A DNA stretch of 61,361 bases, the filler included. It is 3 parts of 3 records of this genome, joined end to end, with 100 filler letters (N's around TTAATTAATTAA, not from the genome) between each part and the next. Parts side by side here need not be neighbours in the genome. Positions count along the whole stretch, not along the records: positions 18,912 to 33,813 come from SRR20825019_516; 2 more parts are not named here. One strand, written 5' to 3'. Shown piece by piece: positions 22,932-33,813 of the stretch. The notes under the pieces are model-generated. The model did not search any database and had not been told where the DNA came from. It was given only the letters and a program-made list of their open reading frames with translations. The stretch's first letter is position 1. Each line of letters starts with the position of its first letter. A program made the translations under genes and the position numbers.

Positions 22932-23759
22932 ATGACAGATTTAGAAACTTTACGCTCTCTTAATCAAAGTCTGCCTTTTACGCAGAAAATGCCTGTTTTG
23001 TTTTTGGGGCATGGGAGCCCAATGAACGCCATTGAGGAAAATGAGTTTGTTGCCAGTTTCAGACAATTGGGAAAGGAAGTAATCAAGCCCAAAATAATTC
23101 TTTGTATTTCAGCACATTGGGAAACCAAGGGCACCAAGGTAACTGCCATGCAGAATCCTCCAACAATCCACGATTTTGGTGGTTTTCCGCAAGCACTCTT
23201 CGATGTGCAATACCCTGCTCCCGGAAGTCCAGAATTGGCAAGAGTTACCAAAGAAATCATTACCAAGACCGATGTGGAGCTGGACACTCACTGGGGATTG
23301 GACCACGGTGCATGGAGCGTCATCAAGCACATGTATCCAAATGCAGATGTACCTGTAATTCAGCTAAGCTTGGATTACACAAAGCCTCCAAAATATCATT
23401 ACGAATTGGCCCAACAACTGGAAACGTTGAGACACAAAGGAGTATTGATCGTGGGTAGCGGAAACGTAGTACACAACCTGCGCAAGGTAAAGTGGGATAA
23501 ATTGAATGATGCCTATGCTTGGGATTGGGCCGAAGAAACCAATGAAAAAATAAAATCCTTCATAGTCGACGGAAATCATCAAGCATTAATAGACTATGGA
23601 AAACAAGGCACCAGTTTTGCCCTGTCCATTCCAACGCCGGAACACTATTTACCCTTGATCTATATATTGGGACTGAAAGACAAAAAAGAGTCAATAGACC
23701 TGTTCAACGATAAAACCGTTGGGGGTTCCATTGGGATGCTTTCCCTTAAAGTTGAATAA
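22932..23759 (+). CDS. ygiD: 4,5-DOPA extradiol dioxygenase (LigB family)
   Basis: MPVLFLGHGSPMNA, ISAHWET, WGLDHGAW, GSGNVVHNL and PTPEHYLPL motifs. The start is set at the ATG at 22932. Confidence 0.92.
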   Translation: MTDLETLRSLNQSLPFTQKMPVLFLGHGSPMNAIEENEFVASFRQLGKEVIKPKIILCISAHWETKGTKVTAMQNPPTIHDFGGFPQALFDVQYPAPGSPELARVTKEIITKTDVELDTHWGLDHGAWSVIKHMYPNADVPVIQLSLDYTKPPKYHYELAQQLETLRHKGVLIVGSGNVVHNLRKVKWDKLNDAYAWDWAEETNEKIKSFIVDGNHQALIDYGKQGTSFALSIPTPEHYLPLIYILGLKDKKESIDLFNDKTVGGSIGMLSLKVE

Positions 23760-23834
23760 TGATTTAATAATAGAGTCCATCATATGAGATAAGCTCTTAA
23801 AAATATTTGCCTCTTTACTTTGATTGATGATGGG

Positions 23835-23874
23835 ACCCCCAGTTGCCAATGTACCAGTGGCGCTGGGGGTTTTT
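23835..23874 (+). terminator. Rho-independent terminator after ygiD
   Basis: ACCCCCAG...CTGGGGGT stem followed by a T tract. Confidence 0.6.
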
Positions 23875-23953
23875 GTTTCTTACATCTATCAAACATACCG
23901 ATAAATAAACCACCAAAATTCGTTAACTTCAACACCTAACTTAAACCAACCCG

Positions 23954-25999
23954 ATGAAACTACGATCAATTCTTGCTGGCCTTATAATTTTGGCCGGCTA
24001 TTCCTGTAAAACAGAACCAACCTCTTCCTTGGCCGATTATCAAGGGGAAGAAAACTATTCCGTGATCATGGGCGAGGCCAAAGTGGGCTATTTAAAAGCC
24101 GAAACTTCTGGTGACACCATCAACATCGATTACGATTACAAAAACAATGGCCGTGGTCCAACCATGAAAGAAACCATTGTGCTCAACGCCGAAGGCTACC
24201 CTATAAGCTGGGAAGTAACCGGTAACACCACTTTTGGAAATGCCGTGGACGAGAAGTTTTCCCTTGAAGGCAACGAAGCCTCTTGGACGGACGCCACCGG
24301 CTCTGGAAATGCTTCCGTGGATGCCGCGCAGCTTTACGTAAACCAATTTGGTAGTCCCTACTCAGCTGTGCTAGCTGCCCGTTTATTGATGAATGCCCCT
24401 GAGAACACGCTGCCCGTGCTTCCGGCAGGCAACCTTACACTGACCAAAATGGAGGATTTGAGCGTTCCCAATACATCAGGCGAAGGTGAATTGGCCCTGA
24501 CCACCTACGCACTTTCTGGAGCCGAAATGAATCCATCTTACTTTATTATGGATGACAGCGACCGCTTCTTTTCCTATATCTCACCACGCTACATTGTGGT
24601 GCGCGACGGCTACGAAGCCGAGGAAAAAGACTTGCGCCAATTGGCGGAGAACTATTCTGCGGAGCGCTACGAGAAACTTCAAAAAGAATATGCCAACAAC
24701 TACGATAAAAAAGTTCGTATTAAAAATGTAAAGGTGTTCGACCCGAAGAACCTATCTCTTACCGAAGCTGTATCCGTAGTTGTGGAGGGTGAAAAAATTA
24801 CGGCCATTGAAGCAGCCGATGCCTCAGGTGAAAACGAGGTGGTGATTGAAGGCAACGGAGGCACCTTGATTCCCGGCCTCTACGAAATGCACGCACATAC
24901 CGGCGACAACGGTGCCCTATTGAATATTTTGGCAGGTGTCACGTCGTTCCGCGATATGGGGAACAACAATGAAGTACTCTCCAAATTGATTGAAAAAATT
25001 GAAAGCGGCGTTCTTGCCGGTCCCCGAGTAACCAAATTGGGCTTTATAGAAGGAAAAAGTGAATATAATGCCAATAACGGTATTTTGGTCGCTTCCGAAG
25101 AAGAAGCTCTGGCAGCTGTGGACAAGTATGACAGCTTAGGTTTTTACGGCGTAAAACTCTACAACAGTATGAACGGGGATTGGGCGCCGGCCATCGTAAA
25201 AAAGGCACACGACCAAGGCCTGTTCGTGGCAGGGCACGTACCTGCATTCTCCAATGCAAATGCCATGTTACGCGCCGGGTTTGACGAAATGACCCACATT
25301 AACCAGACCATGTTGGGTTGGGTACTTGAACCTGAAGAAGATACCCGTACCCTTTTGCGCTTAACGGCCATGAAACGTTTCCCTGAGCTGGATTTGAACA
25401 GCGATAAGGTACAAGAAACTATGGATTTGTTTGTGGAAAACAAAACTGCCATGGACCCTACCCTGGCCATTCATGAGCGTTTGATGCTCTCCCGAAACGG
25501 GGAGGTCACCCTTGGTGCCTTGGATTATGTGGACAACATGCCGCCCAACGAACAGCGCAGCCTAAAGGTAGCCTTGGCCCAGATTGCGGATGACGAAGAG
25601 GACAAAGCTTATCGGGAGGCTTATGACAAAATCGTGGAAACCTTAAAAATGATGAAGGACAAAGGTATCTTGATCGTACCTGGAACCGATTTGGGCGGAG
25701 CCTTTAACCTACACCGAGAACTGGAATTGTATACTGAACAATTGGGCTACACCCCTGCCGAAGTCCTAAAACTGGCCAGCTACGACATGGCCGAGTATTT
25801 GGGTCACGATAGCTTGGGAAGCATTGAAGAGGGCAAACTGGCCGATTTCTTTCTAGTACCAGGGAATCCTGTGGAGGACATTAAGGCCATAAAGACCATC
25901 GCTATGGTTTCCCGTGGCGGTACGTTCTATTATCCTTCGGATGTGTATCCTGCATTCGGTATAACCCCATTTACCGAAAAACCAGAGGTGAAAGAATAA
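23954..25999 (+). CDS. Amidohydrolase-family lipoprotein with extra N-terminal domain
   Basis: Lipobox AGYSC; TLIPGLYEMHAH, AGH, PGTD and LGSIEEGKLADF motifs. Confidence 0.85.
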   Translation: MKLRSILAGLIILAGYSCKTEPTSSLADYQGEENYSVIMGEAKVGYLKAETSGDTINIDYDYKNNGRGPTMKETIVLNAEGYPISWEVTGNTTFGNAVDEKFSLEGNEASWTDATGSGNASVDAAQLYVNQFGSPYSAVLAARLLMNAPENTLPVLPAGNLTLTKMEDLSVPNTSGEGELALTTYALSGAEMNPSYFIMDDSDRFFSYISPRYIVVRDGYEAEEKDLRQLAENYSAERYEKLQKEYANNYDKKVRIKNVKVFDPKNLSLTEAVSVVVEGEKITAIEAADASGENEVVIEGNGGTLIPGLYEMHAHTGDNGALLNILAGVTSFRDMGNNNEVLSKLIEKIESGVLAGPRVTKLGFIEGKSEYNANNGILVASEEEALAAVDKYDSLGFYGVKLYNSMNGDWAPAIVKKAHDQGLFVAGHVPAFSNANAMLRAGFDEMTHINQTMLGWVLEPEEDTRTLLRLTAMKRFPELDLNSDKVQETMDLFVENKTAMDPTLAIHERLMLSRNGEVTLGALDYVDNMPPNEQRSLKVALAQIADDEEDKAYREAYDKIVETLKMMKDKGILIVPGTDLGGAFNLHRELELYTEQLGYTPAEVLKLASYDMAEYLGHDSLGSIEEGKLADFFLVPGNPVEDIKAIKTIAMVSRGGTFYYPSDVYPAFGITPFTEKPEVKE

Positions 26000-26106
26000 A
26001 AGCATGCCTAAATAATTCACAAATGGCCAATGCAAATGTGTTGGCCATTTTTTTGTCCTCTAATTGCATAAAAATCATATCTTTAGAGAAACCAACCCCT
26101 CTTGTC

Positions 26107-26856
26107 TTGTTTAGATTTTTTCGTACCATACGATTACGCTTGCTAGGCGAAAATAAAATCAGTAAATACCTGCTGTATGCGCTAGGGGAAATTATTCTCG
26201 TGGTCATCGGGATATTGATTGCCCTTCGCATCAACAATTGGAACGAAAACAGGAAATTGTACCAAGAAGAAAAAGCCACTATTGCTAGCCTTAAACTGGA
26301 GTTCAAAAAAAACCTCGGTGCCCTCAACGGTGATATTGCCGCCATCCAAGGAATTATTAATTCGTGCAACACCTTACTGGAACATACAGGCCCTGATTAC
26401 CAATATGGCACCTTACCCGCTGTGGACAGTCTGGTGAGCATGACCTCCAGAATGTCTGTTTGGGACCCGAGCCTATACACCTTGGGCAATATTAAAAACT
26501 CGGGGAAGCTATCCAGCTTGTCCAATGAGGAACTGAAAGTATTATTGATAGAATGGGAAACCTTTTACGCCAATCTATTGGACTGGGGCGACTTTTATGT
26601 GAATAGGGGCAACACCTATTTTGATTATCTGTTGCACAACTCCCTGAACCGAAACCTGTTTGCCGGGGCACCGTTTCAACTCAGCCCCTCCAAATTTGAA
26701 CGGAACAACGAGGAACTGTTGCTAAAACCGGAATTCGAAAATTACATTACCAATCGGGTTTTTATCAATGGATTTATGTTAGGTTTTTACCAAGAAGCCA
26801 AAGCTCGCTTAACGGCCATTATTGAACAGTGTGAGACGTATGAGAATGTACAATAA
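26107..26856 (+). CDS. DUF6090-type membrane-anchored protein
   Basis: FFRTIR...KYLLYALGEIILVVIGILIALRINNWNE signature; probable TTG start at 26107. Confidence 0.8.
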   Translation: MFRFFRTIRLRLLGENKISKYLLYALGEIILVVIGILIALRINNWNENRKLYQEEKATIASLKLEFKKNLGALNGDIAAIQGIINSCNTLLEHTGPDYQYGTLPAVDSLVSMTSRMSVWDPSLYTLGNIKNSGKLSSLSNEELKVLLIEWETFYANLLDWGDFYVNRGNTYFDYLLHNSLNRNLFAGAPFQLSPSKFERNNEELLLKPEFENYITNRVFINGFMLGFYQEAKARLTAIIEQCETYENVQ

Positions 26857-26975
26857 GATTTTAATGTTCGTACAACAATCCTACAACTCTTTTTCTCGTA
26901 CCTTAAGAATCCCCATCCCCCTCCGACCAAAGTAGTATAAATCAAAAGAAAGATGATGTTGTTTCACTTACAACT

Positions 26976-28154
26976 TTAAAAATTCCGCCACTTTTGGGTA
27001 AACTCGAACACATGCTCTAAAATTTGGGCCTCTGTATCGTTGAATTCCATGTTGCGGCGCTTCATCATGGCATCGGCAACCTCAAATGCCTTGTTGGTTC
27101 TAAAAGTGGTATAGGTGCCCGTAGCACCGCCCCAACTAAAACTAGGGATAAAGTTTCTGGGGAATCCACTTCCGAAAATATTGGCGCTCACTCCAACCAC
27201 CGTACCTGTATTGAACATGACATTAATACCACATTTACTGTGATCTCCCATCATCAGCCCACAAAATTGAAGTCCTGTTTTGGTAAAACCCTCAGTTTTG
27301 TAGTTCCAAAGTCGAACTTCGGCGTAGTTGTTTTTTAAATTAGAGGTATTGGTATCCGCCCCAATATTGCACCACTCCCCTAGCACGGAGTTGCCCAAGA
27401 AACCATCGTGACCTTTGTTGGAATTAGCGAACAGCACGGCATTGTTTACCTCACCTCCGAGCTTGCACCCCGGTCCGGCAGTAACCGCACCGTATATTTT
27501 GGCTCCCATTTTTAAAATAGCGTTTTCGCAGAGGGCCAATCCACCCCGTACCATACAACCTTCCATCATCAAAGCGTTTTTACCTATGTAAATGGGACCC
27601 GTAGAGGCATTTAAAATACAAAATTCCACTGTGGCTCCTTCCTCGATAAAAATATTATCAGGGCTCTTTACTTGATTCGTATCGGGTATGGGTTGACTTT
27701 TTCTTCCTTTTGTAATCAAATCAAAATCAGCCTGAAGGGCCGCTGCATTATTGGAAAAGATATCCCAGGTATTTTTTATGGTCAACACCTCTTCATCAAA
27801 AGGAATAGCAGTGTATGCCGATTCTTCAAAACCTGTTTCCAGATTTTCAGTTACGTAAGCGATATAGCCCTCTTCGCCTATCAAAGCTTCACCCAACCTT
27901 AAAGTCTTGATGGCCTCTACCAAACTTGTATTGGGCAGATAACTACCATTGATCACAGTGTTTTCAGCAGTAGCCGTCAAAGGGTACTTTTTCGAAAGAT
28001 ATTCTTCCGTTTGGTGGCTCATAGGTGCATTCAACCATTTTTCCCATTTTTCGCTAATGGTCAAAATCCCCACCCTGATCTCCGATACTGGACGGGTAAA
28101 TGTAAATGGGAACAGGTCTTCGCGGTGATTGCCGTCGGAAAGGATATAGTTCAT
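26976..28154 (-). CDS. GlmU-family sugar nucleotidyltransferase/hexapeptide acyltransferase protein
   Basis: LFPFTFTRPVSEIRVGILTI, SNKGHDGFLGNSVLGEWCNIGA and hexapeptide repeats. Confidence 0.88.
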   Translation of the reverse strand: MNYILSDGNHREDLFPFTFTRPVSEIRVGILTISEKWEKWLNAPMSHQTEEYLSKKYPLTATAENTVINGSYLPNTSLVEAIKTLRLGEALIGEEGYIAYVTENLETGFEESAYTAIPFDEEVLTIKNTWDIFSNNAAALQADFDLITKGRKSQPIPDTNQVKSPDNIFIEEGATVEFCILNASTGPIYIGKNALMMEGCMVRGGLALCENAILKMGAKIYGAVTAGPGCKLGGEVNNAVLFANSNKGHDGFLGNSVLGEWCNIGADTNTSNLKNNYAEVRLWNYKTEGFTKTGLQFCGLMMGDHSKCGINVMFNTGTVVGVSANIFGSGFPRNFIPSFSWGGATGTYTTFRTNKAFEVADAMMKRRNMEFNDTEAQILEHVFEFTQKWRNF

Positions 28155-28174
28155 AGCTTAGCTTTGAATACCAA

Positions 28175-28211
28175 AAATAAAAAACGCCCCCGAAAAGCAT
28201 CGAGAGCGTCC
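28175..28211 (-). terminator. Terminator after rpmE2
   Basis: The minus strand reads GACGCTCTCGA...TCGGGGCGTT followed by a T tract. Confidence 0.55.
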
Positions 28212-28235
28212 ATATATTTCGTTAAAAAGTACGAC

Positions 28236-28508
28236 CTACTCGGCCTCCTTCGTATCTTCTTTCTTGAACTTCTTGTATTTGTTCTTGAACTTGTCAATTC
28301 TACCAGCGGTATCGACCAATTTAGTCTTACCGGTATAGTAAGGGTGAGAAGTTCTTGAAATTTCCAATTTTACCAAAGGGTATTCAACACCATCAACCTC
28401 GATGGTCTCTTTTGCTTCGGCAGTGGACTTGGTAAGGAACACATCATCGTTGGACATGTCTTTAAAAGCAACCAATCTATAGTTTTCTGGGTGTATATCT
28501 TTTCTCAT
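28236..28508 (-). CDS. rpmE2: 50S ribosomal protein L31 type B
   Basis: [17 protein letters not shown]...SHPYYTGK...DTAGRIDKF; no Cys. Confidence 0.96.
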   Translation of the reverse strand: MRKDIHPENYRLVAFKDMSNDDVFLTKSTAEAKETIEVDGVEYPLVKLEISRTSHPYYTGKTKLVDTAGRIDKFKNKYKKFKKEDTKEAE

Positions 28509-28543
28509 CGTCTTAAATGCTTAATCTCAGAATTTTCAGGGTG

Positions 28544-28551
28544 CAAATTTA
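28544..28551 (-). promoter_or_regulatory. Bacteroidota sigma-A -7 element (TAAATTTG) for rpmE2
   Basis: Matches TAnnTTTG 35 nt upstream of the start codon. Confidence 0.6.
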
Positions 28552-28668
28552 ATGATTTCTTTGAGACCTCCAACTTAAAATCACTAAAAAAATAAAGTTA
28601 AATTTATATGTAACAAAAATAAGCAATCTATAACTAACCTTCTATAAGCAACACTAATTTTAAAAATC

Positions 28669-29190
28669 ATGGAAGAACAACAACCAAAAACTGGAAAATT
28701 TGCACTGAACTACGGACTATTGTTAGGTCTCATTTCCGTGGTGTTCGGCGTAATGCTCTACACTCAAAAAATGCACTACGAGACTAGTACGTCGGTAGTG
28801 GTGATTTCGATTGTCATCTTAGCAGCTATTATTTTTGTCGCCGTCAATGCCTTTAAAAAAGCAAACGGTGGGTATTTGACAATTTCGGAAGCTTTAAAAG
28901 TGGGCGTGGGAGTTGCCCTGGTAGGCGCCATAATTACTTTGCTCTATCAATTTGTACTCACCAACTTTATAGAGCCTGACTTTATGGACAAGGCCATGGA
29001 ACTTGCCAAACCAAAGGCTATGGCACAAAACCCGAATATGACCGAGGAGCAATGGGAACAAGGCGTGGAAATGCAAAAAAGTTTTGCCTGGATCCAATAT
29101 CCCGTTATTTTGATCATGAACACGGTACTGGGTCTGATTTTAGGTCTAATTACCGGTTTGATTTTGAAAAAGTCCAAAGCGGAATACTAA
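28669..29190 (+). CDS. DUF4199 family membrane protein
   Basis: Four TM segments and NGGYLTISEALKVG; sits upstream of GT2 as is usual in Flavobacteriaceae. Confidence 0.8.
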   Translation: MEEQQPKTGKFALNYGLLLGLISVVFGVMLYTQKMHYETSTSVVVISIVILAAIIFVAVNAFKKANGGYLTISEALKVGVGVALVGAIITLLYQFVLTNFIEPDFMDKAMELAKPKAMAQNPNMTEEQWEQGVEMQKSFAWIQYPVILIMNTVLGLILGLITGLILKKSKAEY

Positions 29191-29232
29191 AACAAAAAAT
29201 GCTACTTTTGGAGGGAATTCCAGAATCAGACA

Positions 29233-30180
29233 ATGCAGATTTCCATTGTAATTCCTTTACTCAACGAGCAAGAATCGCTTAAAGAACTACATGATTGGAT
29301 TGTACAGGTAATGCAATCCAATCATTTCTCTTATGAAATCATCCTTATTGATGATGGCAGCACCGATGCCTCTTGGGAAACCATTTTGGAGCTATCCAAT
29401 ATCAACAAAAACGTAAAAGCCATCCGTTTCCTCAAGAACTATGGAAAATCGCAAGCGCTCCACGCCGGCTTTAAAACTGCCGAAGGTGAGGTAGTAATTA
29501 CTATGGATGCCGACCTACAGGACAATCCCGAAGAGATTCCCGAACTGTATCGAATGATCGCCCAAGAAAGGTACCACGTAGTATCAGGCTGGAAAAAGAA
29601 ACGCTACGATTCCGTCATCACCAAAAATATACCGTCGAAACTCTTCAATTGGGCCGCTCGGAAAACATCCGGAGTAAAATTGCACGACTTTAATTGCGGT
29701 CTAAAGGCTTTTGACAACAAAGTAGTAAAGACCATCGAGGTTTCGGGCGAAATGCACCGATACATTCCCGTTTTGGCCAAAAACGCAGGTTTCTCCAATA
29801 TTTCGGAAAAAGTGGTACAGCACCAAGCCAGAAAGTACGGCTCCACCAAATTCGGAGCGGAGCGTTTCATCAACGGATTTTTGGACCTGATCACCATTTG
29901 GTTTGTATCCAAATTCGGCCGAAGGCCCATGCACCTCTTTGGCGCTTGGGGTGTTCTTATGTTTATGGTAGGATTCGGATTCGCCCTTTATTTAGGTTTG
30001 GACAAGCTCTTTTTAAACCCTTTGGGTCGCTTGATAACCCAACGTCCCCAATTCTATATTTCATTGACTGCAATGATTATCGGAACCCAATTGTTCTTGG
30101 CGGGTTTTCTTGGAGAAATCATGGTGCGTTCCCGAAAAAATGACACCCGATACAATATCTCCGACAAAATTAACCTTTGA
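29233..30180 (+). CDS. Glycosyltransferase family 2 (ArnC/DPM-synthase-like)
   Basis: ISIVIPLLNE, IDDGSTD, TMDADLQD and HDFNCGLKA motifs; two C-terminal TMs; TACTTTTG -7 element at 29203-29210. Confidence 0.93.
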   Translation: MQISIVIPLLNEQESLKELHDWIVQVMQSNHFSYEIILIDDGSTDASWETILELSNINKNVKAIRFLKNYGKSQALHAGFKTAEGEVVITMDADLQDNPEEIPELYRMIAQERYHVVSGWKKKRYDSVITKNIPSKLFNWAARKTSGVKLHDFNCGLKAFDNKVVKTIEVSGEMHRYIPVLAKNAGFSNISEKVVQHQARKYGSTKFGAERFINGFLDLITIWFVSKFGRRPMHLFGAWGVLMFMVGFGFALYLGLDKLFLNPLGRLITQRPQFYISLTAMIIGTQLFLAGFLGEIMVRSRKNDTRYNISDKINL

Positions 30181-30225
30181 GCACCAACAAACCTTTTAAA
30201 GTTTGTATTTTTAAGCATCTAAACA

Positions 30226-31944
30226 ATGATAAACACTATGGATTCCATTACCAAAACAGCGCAATCTTGGTTGACTGATTTTTTTGATGAAGACACCAGA
30301 AAGGAAATCAAGCATTTGATAGACAATGACCCCGAAGAACTTAAAGAACGTTTTTATAAGGATTTGGAGTTCGGTACCGGTGGCATGCGCGGTGTTATGG
30401 GCGTTGGAACCAATAGAATCAATAAGTACACCTTGGGCAAGAACACCCAAGGACTCAGTAATTACCTTAAAAAATCGTACACCGACGACGATATCAGAGT
30501 TGTGATTGCCTATGATTGCAGACATAATTCCAAAACCTTGGCCAAAACGGTAGCGGATGTTTTCTCTGCAAATGGGATAAGGGTTCACCTATTTTCTGAT
30601 TTAAGAACAACTCCGGAACTTTCTTTTGCCGTAAAACACATCGGTTGCCATGCAGGAATTGTCTTGACTGCATCCCATAATCCCCCAGAATACAATGGAT
30701 ACAAAGTATACTGGGCCGATGGTGGGCAGATTGTGCCTCCTCAGGATGGCGAAATCATCGCAGAAATCAACTCCCTTTCTTTTGAGGATATCAAATTTGA
30801 TAAGAATGAGAGCCTGATACACATTATTGATAGTGAAGTGGATGAAGCCTTTTTTGAAGCATCGGTAAAAAATGGAAGTTTCGATGCTAAGGGAAAAGAT
30901 GATTTTAAAATTGTATTCACCTCACTACACGGAACTTCCATTACCGCAATCCCTGAAGTTTTGAAGAGAGCCGGTTACAAAAATGTGACCATCATAGAGG
31001 AGCAAGCAGAGCCCAATGGTGATTTCCCAACAGTGGAATCCCCCAACCCGGAAGAGCCCGAAGCATTGTCCATCGCCATTGCCAAAGCAGAGGAAATCGG
31101 GGCCGATATGGTAGTGGGTACCGACCCCGATAGTGATCGTTTAGGTATTGCAGTTCGCAATCTAGATGGCAAAATAGAACTCCTGAACGGTAACCAGACC
31201 ATGGTTCTCATGACCAAGTTTCTTTTGGACCAATACAAGGAAAAAGGATTCAAGGGCAACGAGTTTATTGCCACAACCATTGTTTCCACACCCATGATGC
31301 AACAAATGGCAAAATCATACGGCGTGGAGTTCAAAACAGCATTGACAGGCTTTAAATGGATAGGTAAAATGATCAAGGATTTCCCAAACTCACAATTTAT
31401 TGGAGGTGGGGAAGAAAGCTTTGGATATATGGTCGGTGATTTTGTCCGCGATAAGGATGCGGTCACCTCTACCCTATTGGCCTGTGAAATTGCCGCTAAC
31501 GCCAAGGCCAATGGCAGTTCTTTTTATAAAGATTTGATCGATGCCTACGTGGAATTCGGTTTTTACAAGGAAAAATTGATATCCCTCACCAAAAAAGGGA
31601 TGAGCGGAGCAGAGGAAATCAAACAAATGCTGAAGGACTTCAAAGAAAATCCTGTTGAGACCGTGCAAGGCTCCAAATTACTGTACATTGAAGATTACAA
31701 TACCTCTACCGTTAAAAATGTACAGACCGGCGAAGAGTTTACGCTGCATCTACCAAAATCCAACGTTTTGATCTACGAAACAGAAGATGGCACCCGAATA
31801 GCGGCAAGACCCAGTGGAACAGAACCCAAAGTAAAGTTCTACATCAGTACAAATGCAAAATTGGACAAGGCAGCGGATTATAAATCCGTAAATTCGCAGT
31901 TGGAAACCAAAATAGAAGGTATCCTGTCCGAGCTGAATTTATAG
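30226..31944 (+). CDS. pgm: Phosphoglucomutase/phosphomannomutase
   Basis: TASHNP, DPDSDR, GGEES and RPSGTEPK motifs. Confidence 0.93.
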   Translation: MINTMDSITKTAQSWLTDFFDEDTRKEIKHLIDNDPEELKERFYKDLEFGTGGMRGVMGVGTNRINKYTLGKNTQGLSNYLKKSYTDDDIRVVIAYDCRHNSKTLAKTVADVFSANGIRVHLFSDLRTTPELSFAVKHIGCHAGIVLTASHNPPEYNGYKVYWADGGQIVPPQDGEIIAEINSLSFEDIKFDKNESLIHIIDSEVDEAFFEASVKNGSFDAKGKDDFKIVFTSLHGTSITAIPEVLKRAGYKNVTIIEEQAEPNGDFPTVESPNPEEPEALSIAIAKAEEIGADMVVGTDPDSDRLGIAVRNLDGKIELLNGNQTMVLMTKFLLDQYKEKGFKGNEFIATTIVSTPMMQQMAKSYGVEFKTALTGFKWIGKMIKDFPNSQFIGGGEESFGYMVGDFVRDKDAVTSTLLACEIAANAKANGSSFYKDLIDAYVEFGFYKEKLISLTKKGMSGAEEIKQMLKDFKENPVETVQGSKLLYIEDYNTSTVKNVQTGEEFTLHLPKSNVLIYETEDGTRIAARPSGTEPKVKFYISTNAKLDKAADYKSVNSQLETKIEGILSELNL

Positions 31945-31947
31945 TGA

Positions 31948-33774
31948 ATGAACTACTTTAAAAAGATTCTCCGGTTTGCGAAACCATATCGCAGATACGG
32001 TATTCTGAATATTTTCTTCAATATTCTATATGCATTGTTCAGTGCGCTGTCCTATGCTGCATTAATTCCAATGCTCAACGTTCTTTTTGATAAGACCAAG
32101 CAAATCAACGAGCCGCCAACCTATGAAGGCATTGGTAAGCTCAAAGATTATTTTGAGGGGTATATGAACTATCAAGTGACCCAATTCTCTGGTGAAGACC
32201 CCATGAAAGGGCTTTTGTTGGCGGTAGGCCTCATCTTATTTTTGTTCCTCTTCAAGAACATCTTCAATTATATGGCAATGTACTTCATCACGTTTTTGCG
32301 TAATGGCGTGCTCAAGGATATTCGCAACAAGATGTACCAGAAAATCGTGGATCTCCCTATCTCCTATTTTTCAGAAAAAAAGAAAGGTGATGTTATTGCA
32401 AGGATTACGTCAGATGTTCTGGAAATACAGCACTCTTTCCTTTCCATTCTAGAGTTGATAGTTCGCGAGCCTTTGACCATTCTGTTCACGATTATTGTCA
32501 TGTTCATCATCAGTGTGAAACTCACCATTTTTGTGTTCATTTTTATTCCTATTGCAGGAATGATCATTTCACGCATTGGGAAATCTTTAAAGAAAAAATC
32601 CGACCGGGTACAAAAAGAACAAGGCGAATTTCTGTCAATAGTTGAAGAAACTTTGGGTGGACTTCGTGTCATCAAAGCCTTTAATGCAGAATCTAAATTC
32701 TACGGTACCTTTAAGAATTCTACATCTCGCTTTTTTAGGTTTTCAAATTCACTTTTGAACCGTCAAAACCTATCATCACCAACAAGCGAATTCCTTGGAA
32801 TCGTGGTATTCGGTGTACTGCTATGGTTTGGCGGAAGAATGGTACTTTTAGAGGGATCCTTGGATGCTGCCTCATTTATTTCTTATATGGGATTGGCCTT
32901 CAATATTTTAACGCCTGCCAAGGCCATCAGTAAAGCATCTTATGCCGTTAAAAAAGGGAATTCCGCTGCTGAGCGGGTTCTGGAGATACTCGAATCTGAA
33001 AATCCGATCAGGGATGTTGATGGCGCTAAGGAAAAAACGAATTTCAACTCCGGTGTAGAGCTCAAAAACATATCCTTCAAATACGAAAATGATTATGTCC
33101 TGAAAGACTTTAACCTAAAGGTTGACAAGGGCAAAACAGTGGCATTGGTCGGTCAGTCCGGTAGTGGAAAAAGTACCGTGGCAAATTTGGTAACGCGTTT
33201 TTACGACGTTAACAAAGGTGAGATTTTGATAGATGGAACCAACATTAAAAACATCACGAAGAAATCACTACGTGGACTCATGGGATTGGTCACTCAGGAT
33301 TCTATTCTATTCAACGATTCGGTAAAAAACAACATAGCGCTTGGAAAGGAAAATGCTTCGATGGACGAAATTATGGAGGCTGCCAAAGTAGCCAACGCAC
33401 ACGATTTTATAATGGATTTGCCCAAATGCTACGAAACCAACATTGGCGATAGCGGGAATAAATTGAGTGGAGGTCAAAAACAACGCCTTTCCATTGCTAG
33501 GGCGGTGCTCAAGAATCCTCCGATAATGATTTTGGATGAGGCCACTTCTGCCCTCGACACTGAAAGCGAGAGATTGGTACAGGACGCGCTGGAGAATATG
33601 ATGAAGAACAGGACTTCCATTGTAATTGCACACCGTTTGTCCACCATCCAAAACGCTGATTCCATTGTGGTAATGAGCAAGGGAGAAATCGTGGAACAGG
33701 GCACCCACGAAGAGCTGATGAAATCTGCGAAGAGCTATAAAAAGCTAGTGGAGATGCAGTCTTTTTCTTCGTAG
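31948..33774 (+). CDS. MsbA-like ABC exporter (TMD+NBD)
   Basis: GQSGSGKST, LSGGQKQR, ILDEATSALD and IAHRLST motifs. Confidence 0.93.
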   Translation: MNYFKKILRFAKPYRRYGILNIFFNILYALFSALSYAALIPMLNVLFDKTKQINEPPTYEGIGKLKDYFEGYMNYQVTQFSGEDPMKGLLLAVGLILFLFLFKNIFNYMAMYFITFLRNGVLKDIRNKMYQKIVDLPISYFSEKKKGDVIARITSDVLEIQHSFLSILELIVREPLTILFTIIVMFIISVKLTIFVFIFIPIAGMIISRIGKSLKKKSDRVQKEQGEFLSIVEETLGGLRVIKAFNAESKFYGTFKNSTSRFFRFSNSLLNRQNLSSPTSEFLGIVVFGVLLWFGGRMVLLEGSLDAASFISYMGLAFNILTPAKAISKASYAVKKGNSAAERVLEILESENPIRDVDGAKEKTNFNSGVELKNISFKYENDYVLKDFNLKVDKGKTVALVGQSGSGKSTVANLVTRFYDVNKGEILIDGTNIKNITKKSLRGLMGLVTQDSILFNDSVKNNIALGKENASMDEIMEAAKVANAHDFIMDLPKCYETNIGDSGNKLSGGQKQRLSIARAVLKNPPIMILDEATSALDTESERLVQDALENMMKNRTSIVIAHRLSTIQNADSIVVMSKGEIVEQGTHEELMKSAKSYKKLVEMQSFSS

Positions 33775-33783
33775 GTGGTGTTG

Positions 33784-33813
33784 GCTTACTGCTTACTGCT
33801 TACTGCTTACTGC
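33784..33813. repeat. (GCTTACT)4 heptamer tandem repeat at the contig end
   Basis: Directly visible. Confidence 0.9.
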
